In this document: positions 45,901 to 52,952 of the stretch, piece after piece | Layout of the letters: each line of letters begins with the position of its first letter | Numbering within the stretch: position 1 is the stretch's first letter | Assembly (NCBI GenBank): GCA_965222375.1 | Contig: CBDCTZ010000009.1 | Span: forward strand, 64,001 to 128,000 | Direction: 5' to 3' | Source of the DNA: Polyangiaceae bacterium | GTDB lineage: Bacteria; Myxococcota_A; Polyangia; Polyangiales; Polyangiaceae | DNA: 64,000 nt | The notes under the pieces: model-generated | What the model was told of the DNA's origin: nothing | Seen by the model: only the letters and a program-made list of their open reading frames with translations | Database searches by the model: none | Translations under genes and position numbers: made by a program

Positions 45901-48341
45901 AGGCGCAAGAGCGCTTCGAAATGGCCCTCGATCTGGATCCCACGCACCTTCCAGCCTTGGCCGCACTACGCACGATCGCCATCGACGAAGGGGACTGGGA
46001 CCGCGCGGCCCGCTACCTCGAACAAGAGCAAACGAACACCCAGGCGCCCCGCGCCAGAGCGAAGCTGCTGGTCGAGTTGGGGCGAGTCCGCGACGAGATG
46101 CTCATGGAGCACGAGCAGGCTGTGCTGGCCTACGAGTTGGCCATGCAGTGCGACGAAGACTGCGAGGAAGCAGCTCTGCCGTTGGTGGAGGAGTACAGCC
46201 GCACCGATCGCTGGCCGGAAGCAGAGCCCCTCGCGGAGATGCTCGTTCGCAAGAGCAAGAACAAGGATCGCCACGAACAGCATGTGCTCAACAAGCTGCT
46301 GGGCAAGGTGCACGCAGCCTTGGGCAACGACGACAAGGCGCTCAAGGCCTACCAGGTTGCCAACCAGCTGGACCTAACCGACCAGGAGACGATCCGCGGG
46401 ATTGCCGACGTCGCGTTCAAGCTACAGGACTGGCCCAGCGCGCTGACGAACTATCAGAAAGTTCTCACTTCCCTCGGTGAAGAGGACGTTGATGAGCGTA
46501 CGGACGTTTACTACCGCTTGGGCTGCATCAAGCGCGAGCAGGGGCAGGCCAAGCAGGCCATCAACAACTTCGAGAAGGCCCTGGCCCTCAACACGGAGCA
46601 CCGCCCCACTCTGGAAGCGCTGATCGGCATCTACGAGCAGAGCAACGATTGGAAACAAGTCGCTGCCTACAAGCGTCAGATCCTCGACGCGGTGCTCGAC
46701 GGCGACGAGCGCTACGCGCTGCTCAACGAGATCGGCGACCTGTGGTCCGAAAAGGAAAAGAACCCCCAGAAGGCCATCGAGGCACTGGAAGAAGCTCAGG
46801 ACCTGAAACCCCAGGACCATGTTCTGCTGCACAAGCTGCTGCAGCTGTATCAGGCTGCTCAAGAATGGCACAAACTCGTCGACACCCTGCAAGCGATCGC
46901 GGATATCGAGGAGAAGCCGACGAATCGGGCGCGGTACTTCAACACCATGGGTCAGATCTACCGCGACGCGTTGGAAGACGTAGATCGCGCGGTCGAGCTA
47001 TTCAACGAGGCCCTGGATCTCGATCCCAACTTCTTGCAGGCCTTCGAGCGCATCAACAAGGTCCTGACCAAGCAGAAGAATTGGAAGCAGCTCGAGCGTT
47101 CCTACCGCAAGATGCTTCACCGCATCGCGGGTAAGGGCAACAACGACTTGGAACACACCCTGTGGCACCAGCTCGGTCTGATCTATCGCGATCGCTTGGA
47201 ACAAACTGACGAGGCTATCGAGGCCTTCAAGATGGCGGCGTCGGTCAAACCCGGGGAGATGATCGAGCATCAGATCCTGGGCGAACTCTACGAGTCCCTG
47301 GAGCGTTTCGACGAGGCCGTCGCGACCCAGCGCATCTTGCTGGAAAACGATCCGATGCGCCTGGAGCCATACCGATCCCTATACCGGCTGCACTTGCAGA
47401 AGCACGCCTACGACGAGGCTTGGTGCTTTGCGGCGGCGATGGCCTTTCTAAAGAAGGCGGATGCTGACGAGCAGCAGTTCTTCGAGGACTATCGACCCCA
47501 GGGCATGTTGCAGGTGAAGGGTCGCCTCACCAACGACATGTGGGTGAAGCAGCTCTTTCACGCGAATGAAGATCTTTATGTGTCGAAGATCATGGAGTTT
47601 ATTGCCCCGGCGGCGCTGAAGGCCAAGATCGCGCAGCTCAAGAGCCAGAACAAGCTTCCCGTGCTCGACGCTCGCTTCAAGCAAGATCCCGCGACTTCTA
47701 CCGTGACCTTCGCCAAGACCTTCGGCTGGGCCGCGCAGGTGTTGGGGATTCCGTCACCGGCATTGTATGTGCGCAACGACGTTCCTGGTTCCATCCTGCC
47801 GGTCCCTGCGCTGCCGCCGGCATCCGTCGCGGGTCAGACTGTACTCACCGGCTTCCAACCCCAGGAGCTGACCTTCATCTGCGGCAAGCACCTGTCGCAC
47901 TACCGTGGCGAGCACTACATCCGCACGTTGTTCCCAACCCAGGCGGAATTGACCATCATGCTCTTCGCGGGCGTGATGCTGGCGTCGCCCAACACGCCGC
48001 TGCCCGCTGACATTCAGAACCAGGTTCGAGCGACAGCGCAGGAGCTGGCCAAGCACATGGAGCCTGTCCAGTTGGCGGGATTGCGCCAGGTCGTGAAGCG
48101 GTTCATCGACGAAGGCGCGAAGGCCAACATCAAGCGCTGGAACCAAGCCGTCGAGGTGACGAACTGCCGAGCTGGCCTCCTGGTCTGCGGAGATTTGGAG
48201 ATTGCCAAGAAAGTCATCGGCAGCGAGGCCCAGCTTCCGGGAGATCTGAGCCCGGCGGAAAAGATGAAGGAGCTGCTGGTGTTCAGCGTGAGCGAGCACT
48301 ACGCGCAGCTGCGCAAGACCCTCGGCATCGCCGTCGGTTGA
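36993..48341 (+). CDS. gltI: GltI/AgmK-like giant cytoplasmic TPR protein (3782 aa)
   Basis: Dozens of acidic repeats of the type A-x-x-x-Y-x-x-VL-x-x-DP-x-x-x-x-AL-x-AL-x-RLY-x-x-x-x-x-W-x-x-L. No signal peptide. Size and position match AgmK. Confidence 0.85.
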   Translation: MDLEQRMNQLERHHDWAGLVEVLEQAIVGTDDASEKADLHLRLGRLLHSQFLHGVKALKHFQDAYKLNPARVEALAEARLIYWELGKLNMVQKLLELQLKNVDDPSLVAQLYRELGDVHCDQEDYERAADAYAHAMQSADGEADVVGQLLEDVMAGTEDWQERVGELLRGAHQIDDVAVKAQTFVRAARIARRYAPSEMEGILAQAYTADPGSLAAATLYEGMLVETDRTDAILELQNSVLESVADAGARADVAFRFGVRWALRHQNADVSASMFEAALRLNPGHEPAFNCLKEVWGARDGNWARVVEFAQNLSASSDGASKAFLLAQAGLLTWREMGDLIRARVHFEALSSVDPEHPALLAYEAQIGESLSGAAPAPEAQPEAEIAAAAPAPEAAPEPAAEPAPEPEATPEPAAEPAPEPEAAAAPPEEEPAAELSAPPPPVDEGKIAELRQHLAEQEGAKRFHEYVKTLVELAHEVPDPAEKVELYLKAADLYVNKFVNQAEAVRTYEAVLAVDPENTQAIDYLRQMYEKRRDWEKLIALNTREAERLEAGPTRVQAYKEIAMLATERIKKPDVCIGLWDVVLRNDPDDLDALAALAQMYERARDYEKLADVLEKQADITLETPAKVQILTKLGQVTGDRLKDDARAAEAYRLLLTLQPDDRRAQEQLKKRYVALGRWDDLEVFYAENGKWDEFIRVLESNESRAGSDEQRIAMLMKIAELWMTQKGKPDRSARAYEKILGIDNGNLAAAEHLIPIYQDANNPKGLSGAIEVKLGHVQDHVERLELLREVAALYEGRINDKAKAFERYLGAFEIAPTDEQSQTDLERAAQLTGGWDQVVEAYRAACASAESEGDSMTSNGLRLRLGRVLVEEVSRVDEALTEYRAVYEAEPDNVVALEALERLYRETERWRDLLEVYSKKRDLTGDFEERKQILYEIARLYEQQLEAPADAIETYQAVLEDDPVDGVALEALDRLYAETQSWEQFVDVLRRRIELDVPGEQLIDLKFRLAESLRLHLNDHAAALNNYREILFIDQEHEGSRQALEGMLQHPELSAEAASILETIYELREDWEKLVGALEILAASSDERERKVELLRKISYVSANQLGSLERAIDAQARAIKEDPSLADSRLELEQLAEQAGAWDQLIAIYADVAGGLDDPSLSREYWMRLASIQERLEKVEDAATSYDKVLELDPSDGEALLAMDSLYRRTEHWEDLVGVYRRRIELTIDGQEREAQYAQMAQVFEEKLGRPDDAIAAYREVLALDPASQLALGALDGLFTRQSQWSELAENLEVQLTLAESEGEQLQLMLRLASLRETQMGQLEAAIEGYRQVLDRDPTNDAALGALERLGQDPTNELVIAEILEPLYRNQGDFQKLIGVHEVQVRRAEDQHRKVELLHQVAELHEDAGGDVNAGFDTLARALAVDPANEGTQSGLDRLARATGRFQDLATVYTDLASQQEDAELGSSLYTFAARVYEHDVGEVDKAIELYRQVLTIDPMNLGAAEALQALFQSTERYADMSLILQRKATILDDIDEQKAALFQAAALEEEVLERRENSIGVYMKVLELDPEDLRAIDALINLYLSLSRWEELLGVYSKKADLVFDTEEKKLIFYQVGAVHERELQDVARAIDTYQRVLELDPDDLTALGRLDVLYQTAENWQELLSILTHEAELTPDPAEAVSFQYRIAELYEKHLGDVERAVELYRDILGILPDHQPTLAALEGIKNGELAPLAAANVLEPVYDAMGEWARLISVLEVMVRFADDPFTQVDLLHRIARLYEENLQDHANAFETFARAVSFDSQNEESLGSLERLAMMIERWPNVAALYDQELGKLDEEPDRLVELGLRVAQVYEVQLEDVDNAVQRYRRVLEADPENQNAVQALDRLFVQTERWAELAEVLRREAEIGESPEEILEFKYRLGQVNQLQLGDLPQAIEAYREVLSAAPEHFETLQALEGLFEAGTNQAEIAEILEPLYQSSAEWEKLIRVREAQLAHATEPEERIQMYHRIAEDAEERLLDPVMAFGVYGRAIREQPLEEHTGDQIERLASMIDGGWEQLANAYADVLSIEGLEVNVQAVIGKRLARVFEEELADVAKSEETYRYVLTVSPQEPEALAQLDRIYSSLEQYPELAGVLEQRAVVAEDEFDKVELYTRLGRVYEEHLEQVQDAIRAYRAIFDELDPANEDAIFALGRVYEQTEQWAELDTVYRRELDNAVGDVAEAEIRAKMARLAADRLEKTDEAVEGWKRVLDLRGEDPEALWALAGLYESQGQWAELTDVLERHFDIADSDEERVNILTRRARLFKEQLGRDDEALETWQRVLDIDFSNVSALRAVAAIWRERNDPQELVGALHATIDRAAALLDPEEVVAIYRELGRTYGQVLEQPYDASEAWRHLLDVDPGDFEAMEELENNYRSEDRWPDVVGVKMQRAEALEEPAEKIRELLEVTEIWKKEVSDYDQATPALERVLVIEPTHQEAFEALERLHTAGERWEPLIELYLNRLDTREEVEEKSELLRRIAKVFEEQLDDPNQAFDALVNAFSEDFSDDETVRYLERMAQATGRWGELINTANAWLQEQTESRQKIQLCLRLGKWYGEDLGHPEYAQPYYAQIMQLDPNNVQVMRQMAAIHRLSGQWQKMGETLTRALDVAVANEDRKDIYVDLGELLEKHMDMLDSGINHYKQALGIDPLHLPALEALERIYDQQSNHAELVEILSSKVKALEDPDDIAQHKLRMGGLYETALGDFERGGKVYREVLELDGSNLFALRGLERIYNAIQDWPDLVDVFERQLDVVETERERVDVLLKLADIQEEQFLKADIAAQRLEQALEIDPTCEPAYVALERCYRRLKQWLDLINTYERHISDAADQPTKVELYGHIALVYADEVGDVDRAIDAYQNIVDLDENNIPALEALSKLYEKQDDPARAIDSMTRVADLTTDGAQRVEMYYRIGKSLEEKLGDRGQAQERFEMALDLDPTHLPALAALRTIAIDEGDWDRAARYLEQEQTNTQAPRARAKLLVELGRVRDEMLMEHEQAVLAYELAMQCDEDCEEAALPLVEEYSRTDRWPEAEPLAEMLVRKSKNKDRHEQHVLNKLLGKVHAALGNDDKALKAYQVANQLDLTDQETIRGIADVAFKLQDWPSALTNYQKVLTSLGEEDVDERTDVYYRLGCIKREQGQAKQAINNFEKALALNTEHRPTLEALIGIYEQSNDWKQVAAYKRQILDAVLDGDERYALLNEIGDLWSEKEKNPQKAIEALEEAQDLKPQDHVLLHKLLQLYQAAQEWHKLVDTLQAIADIEEKPTNRARYFNTMGQIYRDALEDVDRAVELFNEALDLDPNFLQAFERINKVLTKQKNWKQLERSYRKMLHRIAGKGNNDLEHTLWHQLGLIYRDRLEQTDEAIEAFKMAASVKPGEMIEHQILGELYESLERFDEAVATQRILLENDPMRLEPYRSLYRLHLQKHAYDEAWCFAAAMAFLKKADADEQQFFEDYRPQGMLQVKGRLTNDMWVKQLFHANEDLYVSKIMEFIAPAALKAKIAQLKSQNKLPVLDARFKQDPATSTVTFAKTFGWAAQVLGIPSPALYVRNDVPGSILPVPALPPASVAGQTVLTGFQPQELTFICGKHLSHYRGEHYIRTLFPTQAELTIMLFAGVMLASPNTPLPADIQNQVRATAQELAKHMEPVQLAGLRQVVKRFIDEGAKANIKRWNQAVEVTNCRAGLLVCGDLEIAKKVIGSEAQLPGDLSPAEKMKELLVFSVSEHYAQLRKTLGIAVG

Positions 48342-48373
48342 GCCGAGTGCGGGGGCCGAGGCGGCTCGGCTCA
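48339..48373. terminator. Inverted repeat between convergent genes (possible bidirectional terminator)
   Basis: TGAGCCGAG (48339-48347) pairs with CTCGGCTCA (48365-48373). Confidence 0.45.
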
Positions 48374-48377
48374 GCCC

Positions 48378-49190
48378 TCACTTTCCAGGCAGGTCAAAGA
48401 CGACCCGGGCGCCGACGGAGAATTGCCAGTGGTTGGCGGATTCGTCCAGAGCCCCGGGGCTTTTGGAGGTGTAGCGGCCCAGGTCCAGCTCGACGAAAGG
48501 GCCAAAGCCGAGCTTGTCAAAGGCGTACCAATCGCCACCAACTTGCAGCCGCAGCCACTCGATGCCGGCGTAGTCGGTTTTGCCGGCGTTGGGGGTGTCC
48601 ACGGTCGTGAGTCGGTAACCGAGCCCCGCGGACATCCACGGATCGAAGCGCAGCCCTTGGGCCAGGTGATAGCGGATGAAGCCGCCGAAAGCGTAGCTCG
48701 TGGTTTTGCAGTGGCGGCATTTGTCGCCTTCGCCCAGAAACGCGGCTTGGCCCCAGACCCCGAGGGCCACGGCGCGGCTGATACCGTAGCCGGCGTCGAA
48801 GGAAAGCCCGGGGCCGCTGCCCATGACGTCGCCTTGGGGCAGGCCATCTTCCACGTTGGCGAAGGGGATCACCCACGTTGCGCCCGCGCCGAGGGTGAGG
48901 TGGCCGCCGACGGCGTCGAGAGCGGGTGGGATGAGCGGGGGTTCCGGCTCTTCATCGTCGTCATCAGGCACGGGCCCGGGACCTGCGGTCGAGGGATCCG
49001 GTGGACCAGGCGGGGCGGGATCCCCGCCCGCGGCGGCAGCGGCGCCGGCACCCGCGCTAGCAGGCGCAGGCCCCGGTGGGCCTGCCGGGGCGGCGCCGGG
49101 AGGCGTGTCGTCCCCCGCGGCAAACAGGGGCGCGGGACTCGTCACCCATAGGCCGACGGTCAGAGAGCCTATCCAGCGAAGCCAAGCCAT
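48378..49190 (-). CDS. Small outer-membrane beta-barrel protein with a Pro-rich N-terminal linker
   Basis: Signal peptide, alternating beta-strands (LSFDAGY, FGGFIRYHL, PWMSAGLGY, LRLQVGGDW) and C-terminal FSVGARVVFD. Confidence 0.75.
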   Translation of the reverse strand: MAWLRWIGSLTVGLWVTSPAPLFAAGDDTPPGAAPAGPPGPAPASAGAGAAAAAGGDPAPPGPPDPSTAGPGPVPDDDDEEPEPPLIPPALDAVGGHLTLGAGATWVIPFANVEDGLPQGDVMGSGPGLSFDAGYGISRAVALGVWGQAAFLGEGDKCRHCKTTSYAFGGFIRYHLAQGLRFDPWMSAGLGYRLTTVDTPNAGKTDYAGIEWLRLQVGGDWYAFDKLGFGPFVELDLGRYTSKSPGALDESANHWQFSVGARVVFDLPGK

Positions 49191-49279
49191 CCGCGCCTGC
49201 TTACCACGTGGTGGGCGCGCCAGGGCACTCTTTCAACCCGCAAGCAACCGGAGCCCGGCTTGGCCGAAGGGTGGGGGAG

Positions 49280-50629
49280 ATGCAGAATTCCCCGGATAGC
49301 CAACTGCCCCATTGGGACCCTGAAGAGACTGAAGAACTAGCCCTACCCCTGTGTGACGGGCCCTTTCGGGTCGAGGCGGGGGGCGGTCGGGAGACCGTGT
49401 CCTGCGAGCTCTCTGGCCGGACTGCGATCGCTCTCGGTAGCGGCCCCGACGCAGACCTTCGGATCCGGGAGCGCGGCGTCAGCGCTCGCCATTGCCTGCT
49501 CCAGGTGGCAGATGGCGCGTTGCAGCTGAAAGATCTCGGGTCCAAGAACGGTGTGTTCGTTGGCGGCGCGCGGGTCAGTGGCGCCGTGTTCCCAGGCGTG
49601 GGTGGCAGCTTCGTCGTCGGCGGCGCGAGCGTTTCCGTGTACCCGGCCGGAGTCGAGATCGAAGCTGAAGCGGCTCCCGTTGCTGGCCTGGTGGGGCGCT
49701 CGGCTTCGATGCGCCAGGTAGCCCAGCTGGTGCACCGCTACGCGCGCTTGAAGATGCCCGTGTTGATCCAGGGCGAGTCGGGTACGGGCAAGGATGTCGT
49801 GGCGCGCGCGATGCACGATCTGTCCAAACGGCGCGGTGAGTATGTGGCGGTCAACGTGGGGGCCATTGCGGAGTCGCTTGCAGACGCGGAGCTGTTTGGT
49901 CACCGGCGGGGCGCTTTCACTGGCGCCGTGGAAAGCCGCGAGGGTGCCTTCGAGCAAGCTCACCGCGGCACGCTCTTTCTCGACGAGGTTGCGGAGCTGT
50001 CCCCGAGCATGCAGGTCAAGTTGCTCCGAGTCGTGGAAGATGGCGTGGTGCGTCCAGTGGGCGGCAAACCCGTCGTCGTCCAAGCCCGCATCATGAGCGC
50101 CTCTTGGGCCAAACTGCGCGAAAGAGTTGCGGGTGGAAACTTCCGCGCAGATCTTTTTCACCGTCTGTCCACTCTGATCATCGAGCTACCGCCGCTCCGG
50201 CGTCGCAAATCCGACATTCCGGAGCTGGCGCGCACCTTGCTCCGCAGGTTCGAATCGGAACTTGGCGATAGACGGCTGAGCAGCGCCGCTCTCGGTCGAC
50301 TCGTGGCCCACGACTGGCCCGGCAATGTCCGTGAGCTATCCAGCGTCCTGTATCGCGCTGCCGTTGCGGTTCCCGGCGCCGTGATCGACGAACTCGCCCT
50401 AGAAGAATCCCTGCCCAGCCTGGCAGTGGCGGCACCGCGCCCGCTTCGAGGACAACAGGCCGCGCTCTTGCTCAAACGCTGTGGCGGCAACGTTTCCCAG
50501 GCCGCCCGAGTCGCGCGGGTGCCCCGCTCGACTTTCCGCTCTTGGCTGTCTCAGGCGAATTCGGAGCCCGGCGCGGGACCCGATTCGGCGGGAGATTCCG
50601 ACGACGGCGCGACTACAGCTGACCCATGA
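49280..50629 (+). CDS. FHA-domain sigma54-dependent enhancer-binding protein (Fis-type HTH)
   Basis: FHA VSARHC...DLGSKNGVFV. AAA+ motifs GESGTGKD, GAFTGA, GTLFLDEV, FRADLFHRL and WPGNVREL. HTH GGNVSQAARVARVPRSTF. Confidence 0.93.
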   Translation: MQNSPDSQLPHWDPEETEELALPLCDGPFRVEAGGGRETVSCELSGRTAIALGSGPDADLRIRERGVSARHCLLQVADGALQLKDLGSKNGVFVGGARVSGAVFPGVGGSFVVGGASVSVYPAGVEIEAEAAPVAGLVGRSASMRQVAQLVHRYARLKMPVLIQGESGTGKDVVARAMHDLSKRRGEYVAVNVGAIAESLADAELFGHRRGAFTGAVESREGAFEQAHRGTLFLDEVAELSPSMQVKLLRVVEDGVVRPVGGKPVVVQARIMSASWAKLRERVAGGNFRADLFHRLSTLIIELPPLRRRKSDIPELARTLLRRFESELGDRRLSSAALGRLVAHDWPGNVRELSSVLYRAAVAVPGAVIDELALEESLPSLAVAAPRPLRGQQAALLLKRCGGNVSQAARVARVPRSTFRSWLSQANSEPGAGPDSAGDSDDGATTADP

Positions 50630-51788
50630 CGCCGAGGCCGCCGAAGCTGGGCGCTACCATGGGCACTACGGCAATGCTCCGCTTGGGCGCGGCCTTGCCG
50701 GTCGCCGCCTTGGGCTTCTTCTTGGAATCCAAGAAGTAGTAGGCGACGGTTCCGCCCGCAGCCAGGCCAGCCACAACGAAGCTCACCGTCGACAGGGTCT
50801 TCTGGCTGTCTCCGCTGTCGACGCGGTCTTGGAACTTCTGGCAGGCGTCGCCGTACCTCAACGCGTTTTGCGGATTGCAGGGGCCAGACACGTTGTTGGC
50901 TTGCGCGTCGGTAACGATCTGATTTCGCAAGCTATCTGCGGAGTCGTAGTTCGAGCTGGAGGACACTGCGAAGGCGATGCCGCCCACGAGGCCGAGACCC
51001 GTGACGCCCGCGCCCACCCAGGCCACGGGCGTTTCCCCGAACCACGAGAAGAAGGCCTGTCGCTCGTCGCCGCTATCGAAACCGATCGAGCCCGACGCGC
51101 CGCTGCCGCCTCCGGGTGGACCACCCGGCCCCGATCCTGGCCCCGGTCCGGCTCCAGGGTCGGGGCCAGGATCGGGGCCGGCAGGCCCGACTGGGACAGC
51201 GCCAGCGCCGCTCGGGGACGAGAATGTCAGGCTGGCCTTGCCGTTTTGGCCGGCGGTTGCCGTTACACTCAGGGTCGCCGTCTTGCCGTCCTTGCGCGCT
51301 TCGAGGCTGTGGTTGCCGGGAGCCAGGTAGATCGGGCCAGGCAGTGGGGAACGGCCTTCGAACTTGCCGTCCACATGAACTTCTGCGCCCGCGACCTCGA
51401 CGGTGACCGCGAACTCGGCGACCTTCACCTTGGCCGCTCTCAGTCCCTTCTCGGCTTCGGCGCGCTCGGTGGCAGAGCCGCTGGCTTCACGAAGATAGCG
51501 GGCAAAGTGGGTTGCAGCATCTGCCTCGTGTCCGGAGCGGAGTTCGCTCTGCGCCAAGTTCAACAACACGGCCGGGTGCTTCTTGAGGGCGTAGGCCTGC
51601 AGAAACGCGGCCCGAGCTTTCTCGTACTGCTTCTGATCGTAGTACTTCACGCCCTCTTGGAAGCGCTCCCGCGCCATTTGCGTCGCCACGTCGTCCTGAG
51701 CGATCGCCTTGGAGGTGATGGTGTTCGCGCCCGCCACCGCTGCGGCGATGACCAACGCACGAGCCAGAAGGCGGGTCGTTTTCTTCAT
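50613..51788 (-). CDS. TPR + PEGA domain exported protein with C-terminal hydrophobic segments
   Basis: Signal peptide, ARERFQEGV...AFLQAYALK TPR, and PEGA GAEVHVDG...PGNHSLEARKDG. Confidence 0.85.
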   Translation of the reverse strand: MKKTTRLLARALVIAAAVAGANTITSKAIAQDDVATQMARERFQEGVKYYDQKQYEKARAAFLQAYALKKHPAVLLNLAQSELRSGHEADAATHFARYLREASGSATERAEAEKGLRAAKVKVAEFAVTVEVAGAEVHVDGKFEGRSPLPGPIYLAPGNHSLEARKDGKTATLSVTATAGQNGKASLTFSSPSGAGAVPVGPAGPDPGPDPGAGPGPGSGPGGPPGGGSGASGSIGFDSGDERQAFFSWFGETPVAWVGAGVTGLGLVGGIAFAVSSSSNYDSADSLRNQIVTDAQANNVSGPCNPQNALRYGDACQKFQDRVDSGDSQKTLSTVSFVVAGLAAGGTVAYYFLDSKKKPKAATGKAAPKRSIAVVPMVAPSFGGLGVMGQL

Positions 51789-51811
51789 GTCTTTCCCAAA
51801 AAAGAAGAGCT

Positions 51812-52783
51812 TCAAAAAGGAGTCTCGCGAACGATGCTGCCGGACTTCGGCTTGGGTGCTGGCCGTGGAGTGGGCTTCCGGACGGGCTTGGGCGCAGGCG
51901 GCTTTGCCACCGGCTTGGGTGCTGCTGCCACCGGCTTGGGTTTGGCCACCGGAGCGGGTTCCGGTGGCTCCTCGGCGGTGGCTTCGGGTTCGGAGGTGGT
52001 TTCGGGTTCCGGTTTGGGCGCTTCCGTGGCTTCGGGCTTCGGGGCGGGAGCAGGATCGGCCGGTGGAGTTGCGGTCACGGACTCGGTGCGGGATGCCGGC
52101 TCTTTCGGCGTGTCGTCCCCGCCCGACAAGGCCTTGATCCCACCGACGACAATCAGGAGGAGCAGCACACCTGCGATGGCGAAGTAGATCACCGGGTTGG
52201 TTTTCCGGACCGGTGGCTCGTAGGGCTCGTCCATCGCGGCTGGTGACGTCGATGGCGCCACTGCTGCTGCGGCTGCCACGGGCGCTTTCAGTTCCGGCTC
52301 GGGCGCGGGCGCGGGGGCTGGGGTGGGTGCTTCAGCTGCGGGCTGCGGTGGCGCGGGCTCGCCTGCTTCAGCCGCTGCCTCTGGCGCCGCAGCGACGGGC
52401 GCCGCCGGAAGGGGCTCTGCTGCCGCGGCCTTCTTGGCCGCAGCGTCGTCGTCGGCGGGCGCCGCGGGCGCGTCCTCTTCATCCGGTGGCGGGGGGGGGG
52501 CGAGGCCCACCATCGTCTTCTTGGCATCCGGCTTGATGCTTTTGGCGGAGACGACGGGCTGAGCCTTGATCTTCTTGCGTTTGGGTTCGTCCGCTTCGCC
52601 CTCACCCGGGGGCGGCGCACTGCTGGGAAATGCGGTTGCTGGATCTGCAGGTGGCACAGAGCCTTTCCCCTTTGCTTCGGGCTGAAGGGCGGTGTCTTCG
52701 TCGTCGCCTGCCTCCCAAAAAGGGGTCATCCCCTCGGCCAAACGATCGGCTTCTTCTTCGCTGAGCTTTGGATCGTCCGTCAT
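51812..52783 (-). CDS. Pro/Ala-rich single-pass membrane protein
   Basis: Disordered acidic N-half with a KTMVGLAP motif, TM VIYFAIAGVLLLLIVVGGI, Pro/Lys-rich tail ending IVRETPF. Confidence 0.7.
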   Translation of the reverse strand: MTDDPKLSEEEADRLAEGMTPFWEAGDDEDTALQPEAKGKGSVPPADPATAFPSSAPPPGEGEADEPKRKKIKAQPVVSAKSIKPDAKKTMVGLAPPPPPDEEDAPAAPADDDAAAKKAAAAEPLPAAPVAAAPEAAAEAGEPAPPQPAAEAPTPAPAPAPEPELKAPVAAAAAVAPSTSPAAMDEPYEPPVRKTNPVIYFAIAGVLLLLIVVGGIKALSGGDDTPKEPASRTESVTATPPADPAPAPKPEATEAPKPEPETTSEPEATAEEPPEPAPVAKPKPVAAAPKPVAKPPAPKPVRKPTPRPAPKPKSGSIVRETPF

Positions 52784-52952
52784 GCAGTTTTCCCGAACGA
52801 AAGGCTAGCACCGGGCCCAGCGCCTAGGCAACGTCGCGGGCCTGGGAGATTTCCAGATTTCTGCCGAAGAATCGGGGATTTGGCGGTCTCCGGAGCTTCG
52901 GCCTGCCCGAAATTCGCGAGCAATCCGACGAGCTGCTAGCACCCAGTACGTA

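Noticed and set aside
50481..52187. 568-aa plus-strand ORF, and similar long antisense ORFs at 58612-60153, 38043-39509 and 33864-35081
   Set aside because: Shadows of well-supported genes in high-GC DNA, with no recognisable motifs.
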